64,000 nucleotides of DNA from Chrysomallon squamiferum (lineage: Eukaryota; Animalia; Mollusca). The translations under genes were made by a program, and so were the position numbers. The notes below the pieces were generated by a model, which ran no database searches, was not told where the DNA came from, and saw only the letters and a list, made by a program, of their open reading frames with translations. This document shows positions 24,476 to 36,761 of this stretch, in pieces; the stretch's first letter is position 1, and each line of letters opens with the position of its first letter. The stretch spans positions 19,344,001-19,408,000 of the forward strand of contig CM022671.1 in NCBI GenBank assembly GCA_012295275.1, read 5' to 3'.

Positions 24476-27400
24476 TTATTGTGAAGCTGATTCTCTATGT
24501 TTTGATGAGTTTCTTTTCTTGTGCTTTGGAATTTCTGTTGTGGTTTCTTTTTTCCAAGATAAAGTGATGCTTGCAGAAGAGAGTGACTTCACAGGTTGTT
24601 CTTCTTCTCCTTCACGAACTTTTGTCTTTGATGCTGTTTTGATTACTGCTAATGCTCTTTTTTCTTCATTTTCTTGTGGAATCCTCACAGAGTATTTTTC
24701 CTGAAACTTTATCAAATCCGTCTTGGAAAACCCACGCTCTAAAATTACTATTGTTTTTGCCCACTTGAAAAGGAAAACAAGGATTAAATAACAGTTTAAT
24801 TAGAATGTTCTAAAAAATAATCAGTTAAGACAAGAAAATGATTTAATCTGAATGTCTGGCATAACCTACAGTTTAATCTGTGATAAATAATCTTTAACAT
24901 TCATGATTTAAGGTTTTTGTGACATATAATTATCATGTAATAATAAAGTTACATACTATTTACAAATATCACATTCCTAATTTAAGGTTATTTCTTTAAA
25001 TGCAACTTTAAGACAAATAATTAAAAAAGAATTTTAAAAAAATGAAAATAATGAAAGAAAAGATAAAAAAAATAATGGGAAGAAGAAGATCGAAGAAGTA
25101 ATGAACTTTCTGGCAAATATGAAATTAAGAAACCCAATAAAATAATAAGAAAAGATGAATTAAATATCTGACAAACCTGTTTCCTCCATTCTTTATCAGA
25201 TTTGGCAATTATCTGTTGGTATGTGTTGCCCATCATGGCTATCAGCATGTTCAGTAGTAAAATTGGTACAAGGACCACAAAGATGGCAAATATCAGCTTT
25301 GCCAGGGGGGCACAATTAGCATTATTGAAGGCAACATACTATTTCATAAGAAAAAAAAAGAAAAAATTGAAATAACAAATATTACTTTTTCTCAGAACAG
25401 GCAAGGATTAGTGCTGGTCTAATGTCACACAAAATCAGTTATTCTCAGGGTAACTTTTGTTAATTTCTCACATTTCATTTGCTAATTCTGTACATCCTAT
25501 TTGTGATAGGAGGACATCTGACTAATAACTATAATAACTTTATATTAAAATACTATATATTTGTTTTATTAACAGTGCCTTGCCTATCATAATCAAATAA
25601 CAAACAAGTAACTCAAAAATGAATATCTTGGGAATCATTTTACTAAAACTGAAAATATGTAAATGGATATCTCTCCTCAAAAAAACAGAATTAGTTTATC
25701 ACTCATTCAGTTTTTCTCATCATAAGTCAAAAAAATGCCTCTTCTCTCCTAACAACAATAAACAATTTATTAAATTATTAGATTAAATAATGACTTATGT
25801 TTTTCCTCTGTTTAGACAGAATACCAAACCTTGATCTCTCCTAATGTCATCTGAAATAACGTCATCAAAGTCTCTGCAAATTTCTGAATGTCTAAATCAT
25901 TTCCATTTTTGAACAGGAAAAAGAAAGCTGAAATTTTAAAATAAAATGGATAAGATTTTAACCAGTACAATGACCATTTCATAAAAAAATTATAAAACTA
26001 TTAATTCTTTCCCATTAATTTAAGTGATTAATTTTGTTTATTATTAATATTACTTTTGTTTAATAATTATTTAAAGGCAGTTTACTTTATAGATTTGTCA
26101 TGCAAATTATAAAAAAGTAAAACTAAAAAAAAAAAAAAAATAATAATAATAATAATAATTTTAATAATAATAATGATAATAGTAATAATAATAATAAAAT
26201 AAACAAACATAAGATAAAAACACAAATCTAATTGAAAGATTTTATGACAGGCACAAACATCTATATAAAACATACCTGGTGCAAATCCCATCAAGAAAAT
26301 TATATAAATAACCCCAAATCTCAGAAGATCCCCTAATAACATTTGGTACACCATGTTCACAAAGGGACCTACTAGTTTGACACTCCTAAAACAAAAACAG
26401 AAAATGGTGCTAAATGTTAAACAGAATTTAAAAAAAATGTATACTGCAAAGGCATCTCATGAAAGCTCATACCTGAGATTTTGTACTATTAGTTATTAAA
26501 ATCAATTTTTAAGAAACCTTAACACAGTATGTAGAGCTAATATTTAAAGAAGAAGTAGACATGAAACTAAAAATGCAGCCTTGTATTAATGTACTTTAAA
26601 ATTAAATCTATTACATTCTGGCGTTTTAATTTACAAACAAGAACAACAATGACATATTTTGGTAATAAAATTCAAAGCTGCTGTATAAATTGTTCCAAGA
26701 CAGCAGCTAACAGTAAATCAATATCTGCAGTTAATGAAATCAAGACAATGTCATATAATAGAAATGGAATTTTGAAATGTTGTAATTACTGTTTCATTTA
26801 TTAGGACTGTAGATGGAAATGTTCTGTGAAGACTATAGTATACCTATGTGAAATATAATGGTGGTTATTTTAAATAAATGTGTGAATTTTATAATGTGAT
26901 CACTCAGAAACTTGACCATACTACAGTAAAATAATACAATATATTTTTTAATAACATATTTATCAATAATAACCAGACGGGTTATGAGAAACTATGCTTA
27001 TGCTCAAATCAAATCGTTTTTATAATTTTATCTGTAAATATTACTTTAAGTGAATTGACGAATTCTAACAATAAAATCAAGCACCATATTATAAGAAATA
27101 TAAACTGTAAATTTTAACACCATTCTGAGTTAGTACAACAATAAAATATATTTTCTGAAATACTATGTTATTACTATTATTATTTTTTTTAAATGAAATA
27201 AATAAATAAATAAAATTAGTTTAATATTTAACACTGAACCTGGATTCATGCTAATAAAAACATGCAGAATTAATAACCAAGGAAAAAAAAATTTAAAAAC
27301 TAGTAAACTTGCAACAAATGACAGCTGAATTTTTTTATTTATATATATATATCTTTTTTTTTCAATATGCACTAAAAACAATCTAAAATATAAGAAGGCT

Positions 27401-30400
27401 CTTTAGATATAGAATTCATTTGTGGCAGCCAGTTAGATATTTCATAAATCATACATATCTTAGTAACATGTAAAATCAACAACAGCATACCAAGCTGTGT
27501 TTTTATTATACAGTTTGGAAAATATATATAAATATTTTTTCACCTGACTTACAATACTACAAACAATACAAAGTTCTGCACATTTTATATTTGTTGGAAA
27601 CTGCCAAATATTTCACATGATTCATATTAATTACAAAACAATTCAAAGTTGTCTACATTGTACATTTTCAGCATATCATTTATTACAGTGAGAATAAAAC
27701 TGACATAACACAAAGGGACACAATCACTGCTTGACACATTTAGCTTTGGTTACTTCAAATGATTGACTAAGCTTACTAACTTTAGTGGAAAATAGGTTAT
27801 ATTTTAGTGCTTCAGACAGGAAAATAAATTGTACAAAAATGATGCCAAATTTTACACATATCATTACACACCATGCTATACATCATTAGAACATTTTTAC
27901 CCAAGATATGAGAAACTCTGAAACACAAACAAAACATTATCATAAAATTTTCAGGAATTTATAGTCAACTGCATGTAAGAAATAAAATTAACTATTAAAC
28001 AAAATAATAAAAAGTTGCAATGCTTTTGGTCTTTGTTAGTCTCCTTATATTTTATGTAGATATAATTATTTAATGATATTTCTATGTCTGCTTTTTGCTG
28101 TGTGTATAATTTCTGAAAGAATGCATCAATATATAATACTCTTGCTTCTTTTCAAATTTTTATTATTTTTTTTTTCTTTTTTCTTTTTTCATATTGTATT
28201 GACTGTCAAATTTACAAAATATGGGACATTTTATTATATTTATTAATTATTTTTTTTATTTTTACATTTATATCCTCAAAATGAACTTTATAAAATATTT
28301 TTAACAAACAACTAACATAATCATGATATGAAATACCTGGAACTACAAAAGTATGAAAATATGGCATTCAGCTTCATATAAAAGTAACATAAACATAAAA
28401 TAAAATTTGGAATACTATATTTCATTTCTACAAGCAATTGTTAGTGAATCAACTTTGAAAAAATAAATCTTTAACACAGTGGAAACTATTCTAAATGTCT
28501 AATATATATCAATTTTAAACATGAAAAATTCATTAATAAACCACCGTGTGAAACCTACCTGGCAAAGAAAAGCAAGAAGAACCATGATCCAGCAAATATT
28601 AATAAGATATCTTCTACAGTGTCACAGTGAAGAAACCTACATGGAATGCATGCTAATATGCACAAACAAGAGATCATGTACACTATCTGTTCTCGTGAAT
28701 GCAGCTTCAAATTCTGAAAAAACACCCAAATAAACAAATAAATAAAACATAAAAATAAAATCATGTGAGAAAATTGTAAAATGAATCTTGATTTTTGAAA
28801 TGAAATGTCTCCTAAATAGAGAAAAATAAACAATTTCCTGTGCTATATTGTTTCATTTTATTCCTATTTAACACACTCATATTTACACACACACACACAC
28901 TCATAAACATAAAATAAAAAATATTGATTTCACTGGATCTTATTTAAAGATGCAAGAGGTTATTTGTGAATTTTCCAAATGTACTCTTTCCTTTCTTTTT
29001 TTTACATCTCTCTTCTACCTTTTCATTCTTATTAAGAGCATTTCAAAACTGACATTAAATTTTGGAATTTGTTTCAAACCAGGCGAGAAAACTTCTATAA
29101 TTTCTTGGCAAAGAACCACAGCACAGAGTATACAGACCATGACTTCTGCTATGTATCGTATCTACAGATAGAAAAAACCCACATGCATGAACATGAAGAT
29201 AAATATTACAGTATTTAAAACAAATAGGTTGAGACACAGCAGTTATACAAAATATGAAAAGCTTTTAAAAAAACATGTTTCTTTTTGCGTGATTCATCCA
29301 TTATATAGTTATGTTTGAGGCTGAGGATATTTGAATGTTTTATATATTACATGTTTTACAGAATTTTTCATTACAATCTCAGTTAATAAAGTTAGAACTA
29401 AGTTATAAGAACAATATAAATTAGTTTTAAAATAGTTATTTTTGTATTTATAAAAAAGGGCGAGAATATATAATTAAATCAATTTGAAAGAAAAATGGCT
29501 TTCCTGAAGATTTAATTTTCAGTGAAATCAAATAATTTCATTCAAAAAGTCATGGTGAAAAATGGAATAAGCTTGTGGAGTTAGAATTGTAAACAACAAG
29601 AGACATTCACTGATTAAATGGAAAACATGGTTATAAATACGTACTAAATATAATTTTTGTTGAACAACAAAATATATATTAAAATTAACTTACAACATAA
29701 TTGGTGCCATTATAACCCAACAACTGTGTTCCTGCAGGACGTAGGTAGATGGCAACACTAATCAGTACAAGATGAAACAAAGCTATGACAAGTTGACGTA
29801 TGAAGCGTTTCTGGAATGCACATTAAAATTAAAAATTAAAAAAAATAACAATATTTAAAACATTATTTACTTTTATGGAATCATTTATTAATTTTGTGAA
29901 ATCATTTCCGTTTGAAACAAAAAAACAAACAAAAAATTTTTAAAACATTATATCTATACTGAAATCTTTTTCTTTTCTTAAATCTTCAAATAAAATTATT
30001 TAATCAGGTGGGAATTAAAATTGTAATAGAAACGAAGGTTTAAGATCAAAATTTGATATTTTATATTCTCATTTTTTCGTAAATGTGCCATTTATTCTGC
30101 CACAATTATGAATCATGAATGATAATTTTGAACAGTATTTATAATGAACATGCATAATCAGTACACCCTTATGTGGACACAAATTATCAGTCCATTCGTA
30201 TAGCTTGTCTGTTGCTAATTATCAGTATGTAATTTTCTTTTATACATAGAGAATAATTTTTTAAAATAATTTTATTACCTGAGCAAATGTTTTCCATTTT
30301 TCATCCAATAACTGCTTCATGACTTCACCTTCCAACATCTCAAGATGGTCATCGGTTTCACCATTAACAATGATCATAAGAGAAGAACTCCAGTCTGAAT

Positions 30401-30583
30401 TTTATTCCATTCTTAAAATTAACTTCCGTGGTCATCTCAGTCAGCATGACAGACTTTAAAGCAGATACCCAAAAAATTATTACAACCACTGACAATGATA
30501 AGATGCTCATGGTGATATAAGGTACAAGTTTCCATGGTCATCCAGCTGTCTGGGTTATTTATCCTTTGAATATCATAATCATC

Positions 30584-30614
<31 letters not shown>

Positions 30615-32019
30615 ATGACCAATTAAATTATTAAAAAATAACTGTAATCTAATCTGTCCTTGAAAATGTGTTTTAATTCCTGGTTTTGGTAAAGAATTAT
30701 ATATATATTTTTAAATGTTATTTGAAATCTGTTCTAACAATTTATTAGTCAAAATGTTTCAAATTTCCTATTTACTTTTTTTTATACACGTTTGTGAACT
30801 ATATGCATTTGAAGCCTAAAAAGGGGGGTGGGAATAAAATAATAAAAACTGTTTGAAAGCCTGAGCTATAATGCAGGAAATAAAACTAGGGGAAAAGAAA
30901 GATAAAAAAAACAATCAACGTGGATATAAAATTTAATTTTTTCTAGAAAAATCGTGTGAACACTATTAAGCTATTATTTAGGAAAGAAAACATTATTATT
31001 TAGGAAAGAAAACATTGTACCAAAAATAACCGTACAAAATACAAACAAAGTAAAAATACACCCCCAAAAACCCAGATACAATCAGCAACAATAGATAAAT
31101 AAATAAAAAAAAAAAAAAAAAAAAAAAAGAAAAAGGTTATAGAATATTAATTCATACTTTTTTCTCCATCAGGATTAATTGAATCCAAGGTGGTTAAAGG
31201 ATATGCTGAACAGTACACATTACTATAAGACCAAAACTCCTGAAAATATTATATAACAAATGCAACTATTTCACAAAATTGTCTTGATGGATAAATTTCC
31301 ATTGTTTGTTTATTTAATTAAATTAATATATATAACAGCTTTTATAAGTTTCCTAATATTGAAGTATATCTGAACTCATAGATGAATTAAATCTTGTAAT
31401 ATTCAAAATGAGTTCTTATAATCAAAACATTAACTGTACTTATTATTATATGTTGTTATTATTATTTTTAATTGATTTATTTTGATTAAAACACCCACAT
31501 ATTTTACAAATAAAAACACTAGTCTAAACACAACCACATATTTTACAAATAAAAACACTAAGTTACATAATCTCTTTTAGTCTACTATCATTATTATTAA
31601 AAATTAACTTTTTCTATTTAAACACCATCCTTATTTTTTTTAAATGTATAATTTTGTAATTAAAACACTAACAGTGCTACTTAGTTCAAGAATCTCTTTA
31701 AAGATGACACTTCTGCCTAGTTTGGTGGCCAGGGTAACTGGAGTTAGTCCCATATTATTTTGTATGTCTATCTTGGCACACTTGTTTTTGTGCTGTACAA
31801 CATGCTTGTATATTTGCTGTGAATTGGCAATAAACAGGTAAATTCAAATTAGTCTCAATTTTCTATTACAATAAATACTGAAACAATCATATTTTAATAA
31901 TATAATAAAAAATAAATAAATAGAATAAATAGATAAAATTAAAAACATATACCAAAAAAAAAAGGTTGACTAATTATAAAAGAAACCCCTTTAAAACCCC
32001 CAAATTATAAAAAAAACCC

Positions 32020-32052
<33 letters not shown>

Positions 32053-32323
32053 CAACAACAACAACAAAAACAACAAATAAAAATAATATTAATAATAATA
32101 ATAAAGAAAATTTAAATTAATAATTAATAATATCACTAACGGGCTGGTTATGTATGACAGTCATGTGAAGAACTGTATTTCCAAAAGAATCCTTTTCATT
32201 GGGGTTGGCACCTTTCTCAATAAGATAGTCATAGATCTCTTGATAATTAAAACATGCAGCAAATGCAAGAGGATATTCCCCATAATATGCATCTCCTACA
32301 ACACATTACAAAAAAAAAAGAAG

Positions 32324-32358
<35 letters not shown>

Positions 32359-33639
32359 TTTTATCTCTTATAAGAATGAAATAAAAAACAATTATTCGTT
32401 TTTAAAAAGGTAGAAATGTTTTATATAATGAGACAATCAAAGTAGTTTTATATGGTTCATAAAATTTTGTTTTAACATTGTACAGACAGTGAGACATACT
32501 ACCACAGTAAGATGAGTTTTTATGATACGAGGGATCTATTATAATTATGCACTTTGGTATATAAGATTTACTATAGACTGTGATACATCAGTTGTGGGAT
32601 ATCAGCTGAAACACCGAGGAAACAGCACATATCTGAACACATCACTCTTGCCAAGTTGAAATATATTGTAAAAGGAGCAAAGGACTTTATATATAGTAAT
32701 GCATTTGAATGTTTCATTTATTATTATTCATAACAAATTTGTGAGTCCACACAATGGCTAATATTTTCTCTTACTTTAACGTTTCACAATGAGGAGTGTT
32801 ATTATAATAATAAAAAGTTATACAAAATAATATTATTAATTGAAAAAATATAATTAATAAAAAATAATAATAGAAAATAAAAAAATAAAAAAATAAAAAA
32901 GAAATAATTCATTTCTAAATAGGTGTATCCTCAGTCAAAGAGGGATTTTTATATATTTCTCTGAACAAAATAAAGAGATAATTTCATTCTGTGTTTTTTT
33001 ATCTATTTTATCATTTTGCCAGAGGTATATTTTAAAAAAGATAAAAAAAAAAAAAACTAATAAATCCGAAATTTAACATTTTTGAACAGATAAATGTAAA
33101 GAACTACACTGTTCTTAATATTATATTATTCTCTAAATAAATGTGCATGGAAAATCAAAATGCATTGATTATAAAAAATTGCTCTAATCCAACTCCATTA
33201 ATCTGGTAAACTAAGTGAGGCCTCTGTTTACATGGTAATCAGTTAAAAATTATTACCCATTTACAACAATACTGGTGGCTGTAACCAGTAATGACAAATG
33301 AAATTTTAAACTGACAATGTTAATATAGTTTCTATGGAGACTATCAACAATCACAGCTTAACATTTCTTAGGCACCATAAAGCGTTTGCAAAACAGACAG
33401 ATTCAGGTATCTTTCACAGTCACATTGTTTTGAAGTTTATTATAAAACATATATGGTATTTTGTAGTCATACTTCCAAACAAAAAAAAAAAAAAAGAAAA
33501 TTCACAGTAACTATTGTTTCCAAATGCTTTCACTGAATTTAATAATGATATAGTCGAGAGGAGGTTATGAAAATAGCAAAACCTTTTTATTTTCCTAAAT
33601 GAATGGGAAAACAAAGAAAAATCAAATAAATAAAAAATA

Positions 33640-33671
<32 letters not shown>

Positions 33672-35180
33672 TCAACAAAAATTGGTGTGTAGAATATCTC
33701 CTACTGTGTGTAGATTATTAAATTATCTCTTTATGTTTCATAAATTAAATTTTCTTTTGATCAAGAATATAATAATCTGAATAACAGGTACATTTTTCTT
33801 TTCTTTTGATCAAATGTCCTTAATTAATTAATTATTTTTGACTACAACAACAACAATGAAAAATAAATAAATTAAAGGAATAAAATAAATAAAATTAATA
33901 AAATTTATTAAAAAAAGAACACCAGCAAAAAAGAAATTTAATAAACATCTGTCTGTATGACCTTCATAATTGGTGGTTTGGGATTTTCTTTTTTTTTGAT
34001 CATTTGGTAAAAAGAATCGACCAGTGGCTCTTTGATCAACTTTAGCTCCGTTTTCAACTAGTTTTTCCACCATTTCAAAATGGTTATACACAATAGCAAT
34101 GTGTAAAGCACTTTCTCCTACAAAAAAAAAGAAAATGAATTTGATTGAAAAATTACAAGCCTTTATAAAAGTTTATGAGTCAAAGAGTTATGAATTAAAA
34201 TGAATAAACTAATTTTCAATTAAAAAAAAACAACATAAAAAATAAAATTAATAAAAATCTATCCTACCTAAAGTTTCCAGCTATGCTTCATCAATTCACA
34301 GTGAAAGGATTTTGAATTATTAACAAAATCAAAGATATTCACACTTTCAGAACAATTGAAATTTAAAGGATTACCAAAATATTCTTCTCCTTCATAAACA
34401 TCCAGTGCCATGTTGGGGTACAACTCTAATAGTAAGCTGGCAACTTTTAGTTTACCAGTAAGAATTGCAAGATGAAAAGCTGTTTCCCCAAAACCACCAC
34501 GTTTTTTCAAATTCCAGCAGGCTTCATGTTCTTTAATCTCATTAAATGGGTTCTTTGAAGAATAATATTTCTTAATTTGTCCGTTGTTCATTTTTTTCCT
34601 TTGATCACCCTAAACAAATTTAGTAAAAACAAAATTGAAAAAACTTGTAGTTAAAGAACACCATCAGATCAATGTAATATACAGTGGTTAATTTAAAGTT
34701 GTACCATAAATAAAGTAACTGTGTGTGAATTTACAGATATTTACAAGTACACAAAATACATTTTTAATTATAAAACAAAATACTATTTTGAAACAGTTCA
34801 CTTGTCAGAATTTTTAAATACTCTTTTTTGTGTGTTTAGAAAAAGAAAAATAAGAAATGAAGTATATTGTATGGATAACAATAAATAAATATAATAAATA
34901 AATAAAACTTACTAATTTGATACCATTCATAGAACTCCTCCTCTGTAATTTTATGAGGCTCATTCTCCTCTTCTTCATACAGGTACTCTCCTTTTCTCAG
35001 CTGTCGTGAGTAAAAATCTTTAGCCTCTTCCTTGTCAATTTCTTGAGCAAACATACCTGTACCATCCAAACCAACAAGTTTGTACATTGGGTTTTTATCC
35101 TGCTCTTCATTCTGTTTTTTCCAAGCAGCATCATTATCTTCATTTTCTGGATTACTACATTCCCTTAAAATGTTATCCAT
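24476..35180 (-). pseudogene. TRPV channel copy B: full 14-exon structure but frameshifted at the end of exon 1 (probable pseudogene)
   Basis: Exons 35180-34913, 34609-34375, 34117-33962, 32295-32141, 31816-31673, 31239-31158, 30394-30279, 29810-29694, 29161-29054, 28713-28559, 26385-26276, 25927-25830, 25338-25177, 24763-24476. Contains ankyrin repeats, EFWSYSNVYCSAYPL, LLDEKWKTF, GPFVNMVYQMLLGDLLRF, pore [26 protein letters not shown] and WRKQWAK. A 5-nt deletion relative to copy A makes exon 1 268 nt, giving A|GG TGA on splicing. Confidence 0.85.
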
Positions 35181-36761
35181 CTTTGTTTATTATAACTAAT
35201 TATGGAACCAATACATCAGTTATATTTCAGGGAATAATGATCTAAAAAAAAAGAAATATATAATAATAATCAAAGAAAGGATATAGTGAAATGTAATTTT
35301 TGAATACATGTATGTTTAAGTATAATAGATTTCAAACAAGCAAATAACAGTTTCAAAATTAAATTAGGTAAACCATTTTGATATAATTTACAAATAAATG
35401 CAAGATATTACACAACCATAATTATCACCTTTCCCCTCCCATAATGTAATCCACACTTTTGCTTGTGTTTTGCAAATATATGATTTTAACCATAAATTAA
35501 AAAGGTTTTGAGTTGCCTTTCACATGTCATATTGGTTTTTTTTAGCCTTCTATACATATTTTAATAGAAATTAACAACAAATGAAAATAACTGTTAATAG
35601 TTTTACAGTACCATTCCACTGATCATATTAACTAAATAGTACTGATAAAGTCCTTTGGTTCACATTACTATTTTCATATTAAGTACTTTTGTTACACAGA
35701 TTTAATTTTATATTTTTATGAGATACTAATACTATGTATCAGTCTTCATTTCAAACAGGTTATACTATATTTTATAACATTGTTCAAATTATCAACAAAA
35801 CAGCCAGTTTAACATGAAACAACCGGAACTCCTCACATGACTAGTTTCAGGTAGAATGAACTTGGTAATAGCCAGTCTTGCTATTGTCAGAAGGCTAACA
35901 AGCAAAAATAAGTTTATTCTGTTTCATTTGACTTTTATATATTTGCATTAATAGTAAAACAAAAAATAGTAAATAAAACATGTACCCGATACAAGACAAC
36001 GCGATGTGGGAAATTTACAGAGATAGTTAATAAGCTATAGAATTCATTTAAATTTTTGCAACTTTCTTCTGACAGAATACAGAATTTAAAAAAGTTACAG
36101 ACTGATTATCTTGGGATAAACTACATCAGTTATATTTCCATATGAGAACTAACTGGACTGTTTTAGTATCTAGTCGCAACCTGCCGTGTATTCTTGATTT
36201 AAAAAAAAAAAATAATAATTTAAAAAAATGGTTTTAAAGATTGATTCTTGACTAATTGTAGCTATTAGAAACAATAAGTAACGAAAAAAGATGTATTCAG
36301 AATGAATCGACTCATTTCATGTAATAACGAAGAGGTATTATGAATCGGTTTCTGAGCACCTGTTCTGATAGACGTGAATACGGCAGACCACATTTGAGGA
36401 TAGCGTCTGTTAGCAACCATTCACTTTGATTCAGTTTCATTATTATTTACGTACATCAACAAACTGTAACTGCGTGTATACATACCTATATAACGCGGGT
36501 TTCCTTTCTTCGCTATAAATATTATCAGCTGAACAACAAAGTAAGGAAATTATTACTTTGTAGGCCGTGGGACAAAACATTCCTGCATGCCATTTGCAAA
36601 AAAATATATTTCTGTATAGATTACGTGACTAAGAAGCTAGCCAATCATACAAAATTACTAACTTATTTGTTTTTTTTCAGTGTATTTTCGATTGAAATTA
36701 TTTTATTTATTTATTTTAAAATATAATTCATTCTTACAATGACACTTAACATGTTATATGA

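Larger units (their letters stand above)
3008..34374 (+). repeat. Large tandem segmental duplication, unit 1 (~31.4 kb); boundaries approximate
   Basis: Colinear near-identity with 34375-64000 at an offset of ~31.3-32.8 kb, including introns and intergenic DNA (e.g. LTA4H ATG 5691/37039, MULE ~20700/~52390, TRPV last exon 24763/56527). Confidence 0.92.

Noticed and set aside
31490-31565. Small intronic tandem duplications specific to TRPV-B (also ~30970-31015)
   Set aside because: These are ordinary slippage events with no apparent functional consequence.
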